From sequence record SRR22947727_1342: 40,137 nt of DNA, one strand, 5' to 3'. The position numbers were made by a program, and so were the translations under genes. The notes under the pieces are model-generated. The model ran no database searches. It saw only the letters and a list, made by a program, of their open reading frames with translations, and was not told the origin of the DNA. Positions 9,747 to 18,566 of the stretch are shown here, piece by piece (positions within the stretch are counted from its first letter, which is position 1; each line of letters starts with the position of its first letter).

Positions 9747-11549
9747 ATGAGCGCCCAGCAAAAGGCGATTCGCAATATCGCGATCATCGCCCACGTTGAT
9801 CATGGCAAAACGACCTTGGTCGATGCCCTGCTGGCGCAATCCGGAATCTTCCGCGACAACGAAGCTGTTCCGACGTGCGTTTTGGACTCCAACGATTTGG
9901 AGCGTGAGCGCGGCATCACCATTCTCTCGAAGAATGCAGCTGTTACTTACAACGACACGCGGATCAACATTGTTGATACCCCTGGCCACGCTGATTTTGG
10001 TGGTGAGGTGGAGCGGGTGCTCGGCATGGTTGACGGGTGCTTGCTCATCGTTGATGCCAACGAGGGCCCGATGCCCCAAACTCGCTTTGTGCTCAAGAAA
10101 GCATTGGAGCAGGGCTTAAGACCGATCATCTTTGTGAACAAGATTGATCGGCCCCGGGTTGATCCCGAAACCGCAGTCGACAAGGTGCTCGATCTGTTTA
10201 TCGAGCTGGGTGCTGATGATGACCAGTGTGATTTCCCTTATTTATTTGGTAGCGGTCTTGGTGGTTTTGCGAAGCCAGATATGAAAACAGAGAGCGATAA
10301 TATGCGTCCTCTCTTTGATGCAATTCTCCGTCATGTCCCGCCCCCAGTTGGCGATGTAACCAAGCCACTCCAGCTTCAAATTACAACTCTCGATTATTCA
10401 GACTTTCTGGGTCGAATCATCATTGGTCGAGTTCATAATGGTGTGATTCGCAAAGGGCAAAATGCGTCCTTGATCAAGGATGACGGAAGTCTTAAAAAGG
10501 GAAGAATTAGCAAACTATTAGGTTTTGAAGGCCTTCAACGGGTTGATATTGATGAGGCTTCCGCTGGCGATCTTGTTGCGGTTGCTGGCTTTGATGATGT
10601 CAACATCGGCGAAACGATCGCGTGCCCTGATGAACCGAAGGCGTTGCCTCTGATCAAGGTGGATGAACCTACCCTTCAGATGACGTTTGTTGTCAACGAT
10701 TCTCCTTTTGCTGGAAAAGAAGGAAAGTTCGTCACAAGCCGTCAGATCCGAGACCGACTGCAGCGAGAATTACTCACGAACGTTGCTCTAAGAGTTGAAG
10801 ATACGGATTCCCCAGACAGTTTCGCTGTCAGCGGACGGGGAGAACTCCACCTGGGAATTTTGATTGAAACGATGCGCCGGGAGGGCTTCGAGTTTCAAGT
10901 GTCCCAACCTCAGGTGATCTTTCGCACAATTGATGGAACACCTTGCGAGCCAGTTGAAACTCTCGTCATGGATGTGCCTGAGGCTGCGGTTGGATCCTGT
11001 ATCGAAAAGCTTGGAACCCGTAAGGCAGAAATGCAAAATATGGAAACAGGAACTGATGGTCGAACCCAACTGGAGTTTGTTGTTCCCTCACGGGGATTGA
11101 TTGGTTTCCGTGGTGAATTTATTCGTGCCACAAGAGGAGAGGGAATTATGAGCCATTCCTTCTTTGAGTATCGCCCAATGTGTGGCGAATTTGATACTCG
11201 TAGAAATGGTGTTTTGATCGCATTTGAAGAAGGAACAGCAACGTTCTATGCATTGAAGAATGCCGAAGATCGCGGCCAGTTCTTTATCACACCTGGCACA
11301 AAGGTCTACAAAGGAATGATTATTGGTGAAAATACTCGTCCGCAAGATATGGAAATCAATATTTCTAAGGCAAAGCAAGTCACGAACATCCGCTCCGCAG
11401 GTGCTGATGTCTTGGATACTCTCCAATCTCCAATTCAGATGACCCTGGAGCGTGCATTGGAATACATCGGACCTGATGAAATGCTTGAAGTCACGCCTGA
11501 GTCGATTCGTTTACGCAAATTGCCGGCCAAGAAGATGGCAAAACGTTGA
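9747..11549 (+). CDS. typA: Translational GTPase TypA/BipA
   Basis: [37 protein letters not shown] and C-terminal [11 protein letters not shown]. Confidence 0.97.
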   Translation: MSAQQKAIRNIAIIAHVDHGKTTLVDALLAQSGIFRDNEAVPTCVLDSNDLERERGITILSKNAAVTYNDTRINIVDTPGHADFGGEVERVLGMVDGCLLIVDANEGPMPQTRFVLKKALEQGLRPIIFVNKIDRPRVDPETAVDKVLDLFIELGADDDQCDFPYLFGSGLGGFAKPDMKTESDNMRPLFDAILRHVPPPVGDVTKPLQLQITTLDYSDFLGRIIIGRVHNGVIRKGQNASLIKDDGSLKKGRISKLLGFEGLQRVDIDEASAGDLVAVAGFDDVNIGETIACPDEPKALPLIKVDEPTLQMTFVVNDSPFAGKEGKFVTSRQIRDRLQRELLTNVALRVEDTDSPDSFAVSGRGELHLGILIETMRREGFEFQVSQPQVIFRTIDGTPCEPVETLVMDVPEAAVGSCIEKLGTRKAEMQNMETGTDGRTQLEFVVPSRGLIGFRGEFIRATRGEGIMSHSFFEYRPMCGEFDTRRNGVLIAFEEGTATFYALKNAEDRGQFFITPGTKVYKGMIIGENTRPQDMEINISKAKQVTNIRSAGADVLDTLQSPIQMTLERALEYIGPDEMLEVTPESIRLRKLPAKKMAKR

Positions 11550-11914
11550 TGGCCGAGGAGCCGCAGGCAGATCCCCGCTTTCAGAAAGCTGTTGAACTCT
11601 TTAATGATGGTGAGTGGTACGACGCTCATGATGTCTTTGAAGAGCTTTGGCATGAAACGGCCGATCCCCATCGACGAAGCTTGCAAGGTGTGCTTCAGGT
11701 CGCTGTGGCTCAACTGCATTTGCAGCGTGACAATCGACGTGGAGCAACGATCCTTTTTGGCGAAGCTCTCGGCCGTTTAAAGCGTCCAGGAACCCCTGAT
11801 TTGGGTCTTGATATCGAAAGCCTGTGTGCCACTGTTGAGCAGCGGCTTCGATCTCTTCAACGCGATCAAGATCCCGAGTTGTGCACTGTCCCTGTTTTGC
11901 GGGTTGTCGACTAA
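11549..11914 (+). CDS. DUF309 domain protein
   Basis: FNDGEWYDAHDVFEELW and QGVLQVAVA are typical of DUF309; TGATG overlap with the typA stop. Confidence 0.85.
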   Translation: MAEEPQADPRFQKAVELFNDGEWYDAHDVFEELWHETADPHRRSLQGVLQVAVAQLHLQRDNRRGATILFGEALGRLKRPGTPDLGLDIESLCATVEQRLRSLQRDQDPELCTVPVLRVVD

Positions 11915-11949
11915 AGAAGGCTAAAATCCCACAACCTGCTGCAAGTGGT

Positions 11950-12384
11950 GTGATCGCTTTAGGGACGCTCCGATTGAAAAATATTTATTCACTTTTCCTT
12001 ACGGCATCGTTATCGCTTTGCTGTGGAATTGTTAATGCTCAACAATCAACTGAGACTGGATTGATTACGATTGAATCGGATCAGCAAACCGCAGATAATT
12101 CGATTGGCGTTGTAACGGCTCAAGGAAATGTTCGACTTGTCCATGTTGACCGTGGCATTGTCGCCACAGGTCGTCAGGCTCAATATTTTATGAAAGAAGA
12201 GCGCATTGTCTTGAGTGGAGATGTTGATATTGTGCAAAAGAATGGCGACTTACTTCAAGCCGATAAGATTGTTTATTCCTTGGCCGACGAACGAGCACTG
12301 GCGACGCCATCTGAGAATCAACAGGTATTCAGTCAATGGAGTTTTGGTGGTGATGCTGATGATTCCACCCAGGTAATCCCATGA
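11950..12384 (+). CDS. lptA: LptA/OstA family LPS transport periplasmic protein
   Basis: Signal-peptide-like segment followed by ITIESDQQ...AQGNV...LSGDV beta-jellyroll pattern; directly upstream of lptB. Start uncertain (GTG 11950 or TTG 11974). Confidence 0.75.
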   Translation: MIALGTLRLKNIYSLFLTASLSLCCGIVNAQQSTETGLITIESDQQTADNSIGVVTAQGNVRLVHVDRGIVATGRQAQYFMKEERIVLSGDVDIVQKNGDLLQADKIVYSLADERALATPSENQQVFSQWSFGGDADDSTQVIP

Positions 12385-13109
12385 GTCTGGAGCTCCAAAA
12401 TATCTCCATCTCTTTGGGTGGACGACAGCTCGTTAAGTCCGTCAACATTGATCTCTCTCCGGGAGAGGTTGTCGGTCTACTTGGTCCAAATGGGGCTGGT
12501 AAAACAACCACGTTCAATCTTGTCATCGGATTGCTTCGTCCCGACGTTGGTCAGGTTTTGCTGGATGGACAGGATGTCACTCAGCGATCCATGCCCGAAC
12601 GCGCGAGGTGCGGTATCGGTTATTTGCCTCAAGAAGCCAGTATTTTTCGGCAACTTACTGTGCGGCAAAATCTTGATCTAGCCCTTGATCAAACAGGTTT
12701 AATATCAACAGAGCGTCGTGATCGACGCAACCAACTCATCGATGAGTTTAACCTTAGTGAGTTCATTGATCGTCGCGGCTTTCTACTGTCCGGTGGTGAA
12801 CGGCGACGCTGCGAAGTCGCAAGGGCTTTAGCGGTTGGCCGTGATGGCCCTCAATATCTCCTCCTAGATGAACCTTTTGCCGGTGTTGATCCTCTGGCCG
12901 TGGCCGATCTGCAGAGTTTGATTCAATCGTTGCGGCACCGTGGCATGGGAATTTTGATCACCGATCACAACGTGAGAGAAACGCTGGCGATCACGGATCG
13001 AGCCACAATCCTCAATGACGGTGCAATTTTGGCATCAGGTCGGGCTGAGCATGTGTCTAAAGATCCGTTGGTACGTCGTTATTACCTTGGCGAGGACTTT
13101 CAGCTGTGA
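12381..13109 (+). CDS. lptB: LPS export ABC transporter ATP-binding protein
   Basis: Walker A GPNGAGKTT, GYLPQEASIF, LSGGERRR, LLDEPFAGVDP, ITDHNVRETL. Confidence 0.94.
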   Translation: MSLELQNISISLGGRQLVKSVNIDLSPGEVVGLLGPNGAGKTTTFNLVIGLLRPDVGQVLLDGQDVTQRSMPERARCGIGYLPQEASIFRQLTVRQNLDLALDQTGLISTERRDRRNQLIDEFNLSEFIDRRGFLLSGGERRRCEVARALAVGRDGPQYLLLDEPFAGVDPLAVADLQSLIQSLRHRGMGILITDHNVRETLAITDRATILNDGAILASGRAEHVSKDPLVRRYYLGEDFQL

Positions 13110-14260
13110 TTAGAACTTGTAGCCGTTGGATTCACAAACTATCTCTCCTGGACCGATGGTTGCTTGCTGAGATCGCTGCCCCCCTTCTTTTTGCCGTTGC
13201 TGCTTTTACGGTGTTGGGGCTCTCCATTGGAGTGATGTTTGAGCTTGCAAGACGTCTTGTTGATGGTTTGCCGATCTTGGTAGCGCTCCAGCTGCTCCTG
13301 CTCAATATTCCAAGTTTTCTAGTTCTCTCACTACCGATGGCGACCTTGTTCGCAACGCTGCTTGCCTACAGCAAGTTGTCATCGAACAGTGAGCTGACGG
13401 CCCTTCGTAGCCTTGGTGTTTCAACGACACGCCTTGTTGTTCCCGCCTTAGCTCTATCAATCTTTCTAACTGGCCTCACGTTTGTTTTTAATGACGTCAT
13501 TGTTCCAAGGGCCAATACCCAGGCTGAAATAACGTTGCAACGAGGTCTTGGCCGTGCTCTTGCTACTGAAAAAGGTAAAGATATTACCTTTAATAGTTTT
13601 GGCAAAATTTACGATCCAAAAACAGAAACAAGTTCTACAGGGTTGCGTCAACTATTTTACGCAAGACGTTTTGAACAAGGGGAAATGTTGGATGTTACGC
13701 TCCTCGATTTCTCCCGGGCCGATTACCGCCAGATGTGGATTGCAGAGCGTGCTGTTTATAACGAATCAAAATCAATGTGGGAGTTCTTCAATGGACAGGT
13801 TCTAACTCTGAATCCAAATGGAAGTACGACCCGTTTGGCATTTGATGAAAACTTCTATCCACTAAGCTCTGGTCCCCTTCAAGTCGCAAAATTGCCAGAT
13901 GATGCTAACGATATGACTTTATCACAAGCAATATCGGCAGAAAAAATTGAATCTAATGCAGGAAATATCAAAGCAGCTCGAAAGTTAAGAGTTCGGATTC
14001 AAGAGAAATTCTCATTTCCCATGGCGTGCATCGTTTTTGGTTTAATCGGTAGCAGTCTTGGTGCACGGCCTGGATCTCGCACCAGTCGAAGTCAGGGGTT
14101 TGGTGTCAGTATCCTTCTGATTCTTGGTTATTACGCTCTGAGCGTTAGCTTTAGCTCATTAGGCGTAAGTGGAATTCTTCCACCGTTTTTGGCTGCTTGG
14201 CTTCCGGTTCTGATCTCCCTTGGAGCTGGTGGCTTGCTTTTGCGCCAGGCCAGTCGTTAG
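13106..14260 (+). CDS. LptF/LptG (YjgP/YjgQ) family permease
   Basis: LDRWLL, LSSNSELTALRSLGVS, FLAAWLP; about six TM helices around a periplasmic domain; coupled to lptB. Confidence 0.9.
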   Translation: MIRTCSRWIHKLSLLDRWLLAEIAAPLLFAVAAFTVLGLSIGVMFELARRLVDGLPILVALQLLLLNIPSFLVLSLPMATLFATLLAYSKLSSNSELTALRSLGVSTTRLVVPALALSIFLTGLTFVFNDVIVPRANTQAEITLQRGLGRALATEKGKDITFNSFGKIYDPKTETSSTGLRQLFYARRFEQGEMLDVTLLDFSRADYRQMWIAERAVYNESKSMWEFFNGQVLTLNPNGSTTRLAFDENFYPLSSGPLQVAKLPDDANDMTLSQAISAEKIESNAGNIKAARKLRVRIQEKFSFPMACIVFGLIGSSLGARPGSRTSRSQGFGVSILLILGYYALSVSFSSLGVSGILPPFLAAWLPVLISLGAGGLLLRQASR

Positions 14261-14298
14261 CGCTCCGCGCCAGACTCTTTATCACCCCTTGATTTGGT

Positions 14299-15213
14299 TT
14301 GTTGAACGCTCCGTTTGAACTGGTAACAAGCCTTGGGTTTGCGGCTTTTGTTCTTCTGTTGATTGCCCTGCCGATTGCGTTCTGGTCGGTATCCAGCGAC
14401 TCCAGGCCTGGTGTTGTTCGCTTGTTGGTTGCGGTCGCGAACCTTTTGCTCACGGCTCAACTTGTACTCCGCTGGTGGCAGTCGGGTCATTTCCCCATCA
14501 GCAACTTGTACGAATCGCTCTGTTTCCTTGCCTGGGCATGCACCCTCACGCAGTTGGTTGTTGAGCGTGCATGGCCATCACCCATTGTTGCTGCTGCCGC
14601 CACTCCGATGGGATTGGGCTGCATCGCATTTGCGAGCTTTGCACTACCGGATCAATTGCAGTCGGCTGCCCCATTGGTGCCTGCTTTGCGCTCCAGTTGG
14701 TTGGTCATGCATGTGAGCGTGATCATGGTGAGCTATGCCGCATTGTTAGTGGGTTCGTTGCTGTCCTTGGCGGTCTTGGTGATGGATCGAGGCGAAGCCT
14801 TGCAGCTTCGAAGTAGTTCGATTGGAAGCGGTGGATTTCGCCAAGCAGTCACAACTCCTGATTCAGGCTTCTTACAACTTCAATCTCTCGAGATCAGTAC
14901 AAATGAGCAGCTAGATAGCCTTAGTTATCGCACAATAACGGTTGGATTTCTAATGCTTACTGTTGGAATTATTAGTGGGGCTGTTTGGGCAAATGAAGCC
15001 TGGGGTAGTTATTGGAGTTGGGATCCCAAGGAAACTTGGGCTTTGATTTGTTGGTTGGTCTATGCCGCTTATTTGCATACGCGACTGAGTCGAGGTTGGC
15101 AGGGTCGTCGCCCTGCTTTTGTCGCTGTCATCGGTCTTGTTGTGATTGCCGTTTGCTATATCGGTGTGAATCTTTTGGGTATTGGATTGCATAGTTATGG
15201 TTGGTTTTTCTAG
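14299..15213 (+). CDS. ccsB: Cytochrome c biogenesis protein CcsB (cyanobacterial CcsA/Ycf5)
   Basis: [36 protein letters not shown] (WWD motif), GLHSYG. Confidence 0.95.
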   Translation: MLNAPFELVTSLGFAAFVLLLIALPIAFWSVSSDSRPGVVRLLVAVANLLLTAQLVLRWWQSGHFPISNLYESLCFLAWACTLTQLVVERAWPSPIVAAAATPMGLGCIAFASFALPDQLQSAAPLVPALRSSWLVMHVSVIMVSYAALLVGSLLSLAVLVMDRGEALQLRSSSIGSGGFRQAVTTPDSGFLQLQSLEISTNEQLDSLSYRTITVGFLMLTVGIISGAVWANEAWGSYWSWDPKETWALICWLVYAAYLHTRLSRGWQGRRPAFVAVIGLVVIAVCYIGVNLLGIGLHSYGWFF

Positions 15214-15423
15214 ATACATGAAAACCTAAGAAAGATATAAAAAAGATATCTTAAGAATCATCAGCAGGTAGTAATCGTGCCCTTTTGCTTAGTATGGTCT
15301 CAAAGGCTACCTACACTTTTAGTAGGATTTATCACAAGTGTAGTTAAATATGAATTATTTCTAGATAATTCCCACCCGTTTGACAATCGTTTATAGTTTA
15401 AGATAGGTAATAATCGTCAATAA

Positions 15424-16206
15424 ATGACTTCGATGAGTGGTAGTGCCTTAGATGCTGCAATTTGGTCATTGGTAGCAATGGTTCCAGTCGTAATCTCTGC
15501 CTGGTTTGGACTGAAATTCCAACCATCAAAAAAATTAACTGGTTATTTCCTTGCGTTTAGCTCCGGAATGCTCATAGCATTGCTTTCGTACGACTTGGTT
15601 GAAGAGGCATTCCGAATATCTGGCCCCTATTATGCTATGTTCGGGTTGTTTTTAGGTCTAATCGCTTATCAAGTATCCAATTACTTGGTAGCTAAATTTG
15701 GTGTGAAACGTCGTCAATCTGTAAATTGTGGAGGTATTGGTCATTTAAGTATAGAACAACAACAAGAACGAACTACTGCAATTGCGTTACTGATTGGAGC
15801 GGCATTGGATGGCATCCCTGAATCAATGAGCATTGGGATTACCTTTTTAGAGAACCCACTCGTAAGCAGTTCCGTTGTTCTTGCTGTTGCAGTGGGAAAT
15901 ATTCCAGAGGGTCTTGCAAGTGGTGCTGGGCTTAAACGAAGTGGTGTATCCCGCACTAATATTTTACTGTTGTGGTCTTCTGTTGTCATTGTATGCGTCG
16001 TATCGTCAGTGCTTGCCTGGTTGCTGATGAAGGAAGCACCCGATGCAATGAAGGGCCTAATTACTGCTTTTGCAGGAGGAGGTGTGCTGGCAATGACATT
16101 TCAAGCCATTATTCCTGAAGCCTATGAAGAAATTAAAGATTGGATTGGTCTCATTGCAGGAGTTGGTTTTGCCATTGCTTTTCTTGTATCACACCTGATG
16201 CACTGA
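15424..16206 (+). CDS. ZIP family (ZupT/GufA-like) metal transporter
   Basis: About eight TM helices; LAFSSGMLI, LDGIPES, GNIPEG, FAGGGVL...IIPEA. Confidence 0.85.
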   Translation: MTSMSGSALDAAIWSLVAMVPVVISAWFGLKFQPSKKLTGYFLAFSSGMLIALLSYDLVEEAFRISGPYYAMFGLFLGLIAYQVSNYLVAKFGVKRRQSVNCGGIGHLSIEQQQERTTAIALLIGAALDGIPESMSIGITFLENPLVSSSVVLAVAVGNIPEGLASGAGLKRSGVSRTNILLLWSSVVIVCVVSSVLAWLLMKEAPDAMKGLITAFAGGGVLAMTFQAIIPEAYEEIKDWIGLIAGVGFAIAFLVSHLMH

Positions 16207-16355
16207 TTCATTCGTCTGACTATATATAGCTGTCGGCAGACACAACCTTCCAATTGCGATCTTCTGAATTTCATAATGATTCAACTCCCTCCGTTTGCTA
16301 TAAAAGGAAAAAGAAGCTTTGAAGGCTTCTCTTTAGTAAAATCGATGTATCAAGG

Positions 16356-18521
16356 ATGACAACTGCACCGGTTCTAAATGATCACTCGTTGAAGAGAAGC
16401 CCCCTAGAACCCAGTGGTAAGACATTTCGCTTATACCAGGGCTCACCGCACCCTTTTGGAAGTACTGCAGAGAGCGGAGGTGTTAATTTTTCTCTTTATA
16501 GCTCTAGTGCAACAAATGTTACGCTCCTGATTTTCGATAAACCAGATGATCTTAACCCGTTAGTTGAGATTAATCTGGATAACACAAACAATAGAAGTTT
16601 TAATATCTGGCATGTTTTTGTTGAGGGTGTAAAGCCAGGGATGGGATATGCCTATCGTGTGGATGGTCCTCATGAACCCTGGAATGGTCATCGCTTTGAC
16701 CCAGAGAAGGTTTTAGTCGATCCTTATTCAAAAGGGAATTGTTTCAAGCTATGGGATCGTGGAGCTGCTTGTGTTCCAGGCGATAACCTGCACAAATCCC
16801 TTCGTAGCGTTGTTATTGATGTTGATGATTATGACTGGGAGGGTGACCAGCCACTGAAAGTACCAATGGCTGAAACAATTGTCTATGAGATGCATGTTGG
16901 TGGATTTACGAAAAGTCCGACGAGTAATGTTGAAAATCCCGGAACGTATTTAGGACTCATTGAAAAGATCCCTTATCTTAAGAGCTTAGGCATAACAGCA
17001 GTTGAGTTGCTACCAGTTTTTAGTTTTGATCACACTGACATATTCAAAGAATTTGAAGGTCGAAAACTTAAGAATTATTGGGGATATAGCACGATGGGAT
17101 ATTTTGCGCCGCACCAGGATTACTGCATTAATGATGAAATAACAGAACATTTAAATGAATTTCGAGATATGGTTAAGGCTTTGCACAAGGCAGGAATTGA
17201 AGTAATTTTAGACGTTGTTTACAATCATACTGATGAAGGTAATCATCAAGGCCCAATGTTTAGCTTTAAAGGAATTGATAATTCATCATATTATTATTTA
17301 ACTGGAGCTGATGGTAACAAAGATTTTTATTATGACTACACTGGATGCGGCAATACCTTTAACTGTAATCATCCTGTCGGCGAAAAACTGATTATTGATT
17401 CACTTCGTTTCTGGGTTAAGGAAATGCATGTGGATGGTTTCCGATTTGATGAAGGTTCTGTTCTCAGCCGAGGAGAAGATGGCACTCCATTAGAACATCC
17501 ACCTGTTATCTGGTCGATTGAACTAGATGATCTTTTAGGACAAGCCAAGGTGATTGCCGAAGCTTGGGATGCTGCTGGTCTTTATCAGATTGGTACGTTT
17601 CCAGGTGCACGTTGGGCTGAATGGAATGGTAAGTATAGGGATTGCATCAGGGGTTTTGTAAAAGGAGACCCAGGACTACTTGGAGAGGTAGCAGGTCGTC
17701 TAACTGGAAGTGCAGATCTTTATCAATATCGACATCATGAACCCACCAATAGTGTGAATTTTGTTTGTGCCCATGATGGTTTTACATTGTATGATTTAAC
17801 GGCATACAATGAAAAACATAATTGGGCTAATGGTGAAGGTAGTAATGATGGTATTGATGATAATGTGAGCTGGAACTGTGGTGTCGAAGGTGAAACTGAA
17901 GACTCCTGGATTAATGATTTAAGAAAAAGACAGGTTAAAAACTTTGCAGTTACACACATGCTTTCAATGGGTGTACCTATGATTGTGGCAGGAGATGAAT
18001 TCATGCGCAGTCAAGGTGGTAACAATAATACTTACTGTCATGACAATGAAATCAATTGGTTTGATTGGAATAAAATTGCATCGAAGGATAGTCAAGAGAT
18101 GATCCGATTCTGGTCTCTCTTAATTGATAAACGTAAAAAGTATATTGACCACTTCAAGGGAAAGTATTTCTCAGGAGATTCTAATAAGTATGGTCTATCA
18201 GATATCTCATGGCATGGTACAAAGTTATACAGTCCTGGTTGGAATGATGCGCAGGGTCGATGTCTTGCAATGACTCTTGGTGATACTGCACAAGATAGTG
18301 ATCAAACCCTTAATATTCATGTCATGTTTAATATGTACTGGGAATCTGTGGAATTTGAAATACCACAAGTCAATGGTCTTAGGTGGTATCGAGCTATTGA
18401 TACCTCACTTCCTTCACCCAGCGACATTGCTCCGTTTGAAGACCAAGTAACTATTGATGATACTAACTATACCCTTACTTCTAGAAGTATTGTTGTTCTT
18501 GCTTCGAGGGCTGTTACTTAA
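16356..18521 (+). CDS. glgX: Glycogen-debranching enzyme/isoamylase (CBM48 + GH13)
   Basis: GVNFSLYS, YEMHVGGFT, LGITAVELLPV, NYWGYS, DVVYNHT. Catalytic residues in GFRFD(E), IAEAWD and FVCAHDGF. Also SQGGNNNTYC. Confidence 0.93.
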   Translation: MTTAPVLNDHSLKRSPLEPSGKTFRLYQGSPHPFGSTAESGGVNFSLYSSSATNVTLLIFDKPDDLNPLVEINLDNTNNRSFNIWHVFVEGVKPGMGYAYRVDGPHEPWNGHRFDPEKVLVDPYSKGNCFKLWDRGAACVPGDNLHKSLRSVVIDVDDYDWEGDQPLKVPMAETIVYEMHVGGFTKSPTSNVENPGTYLGLIEKIPYLKSLGITAVELLPVFSFDHTDIFKEFEGRKLKNYWGYSTMGYFAPHQDYCINDEITEHLNEFRDMVKALHKAGIEVILDVVYNHTDEGNHQGPMFSFKGIDNSSYYYLTGADGNKDFYYDYTGCGNTFNCNHPVGEKLIIDSLRFWVKEMHVDGFRFDEGSVLSRGEDGTPLEHPPVIWSIELDDLLGQAKVIAEAWDAAGLYQIGTFPGARWAEWNGKYRDCIRGFVKGDPGLLGEVAGRLTGSADLYQYRHHEPTNSVNFVCAHDGFTLYDLTAYNEKHNWANGEGSNDGIDDNVSWNCGVEGETEDSWINDLRKRQVKNFAVTHMLSMGVPMIVAGDEFMRSQGGNNNTYCHDNEINWFDWNKIASKDSQEMIRFWSLLIDKRKKYIDHFKGKYFSGDSNKYGLSDISWHGTKLYSPGWNDAQGRCLAMTLGDTAQDSDQTLNIHVMFNMYWESVEFEIPQVNGLRWYRAIDTSLPSPSDIAPFEDQVTIDDTNYTLTSRSIVVLASRAVT

Positions 18522-18566
18522 GTCTTCGTCATTTTCATTAATCCCCAAATTATCTTCTTAAATTTA

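Noticed and set aside
15380-15415. Sigma70 promoter for the ZIP gene (TTGACA present)
   Set aside because: No good -10 hexamer at 16-18 nt spacing.
16308-16334. Hairpin AGAAGC...GCTTCT upstream of glgX as a terminator
   Set aside because: Weak stem and short interrupted T tract, about 100 nt from the ZIP stop; its function cannot be assigned.
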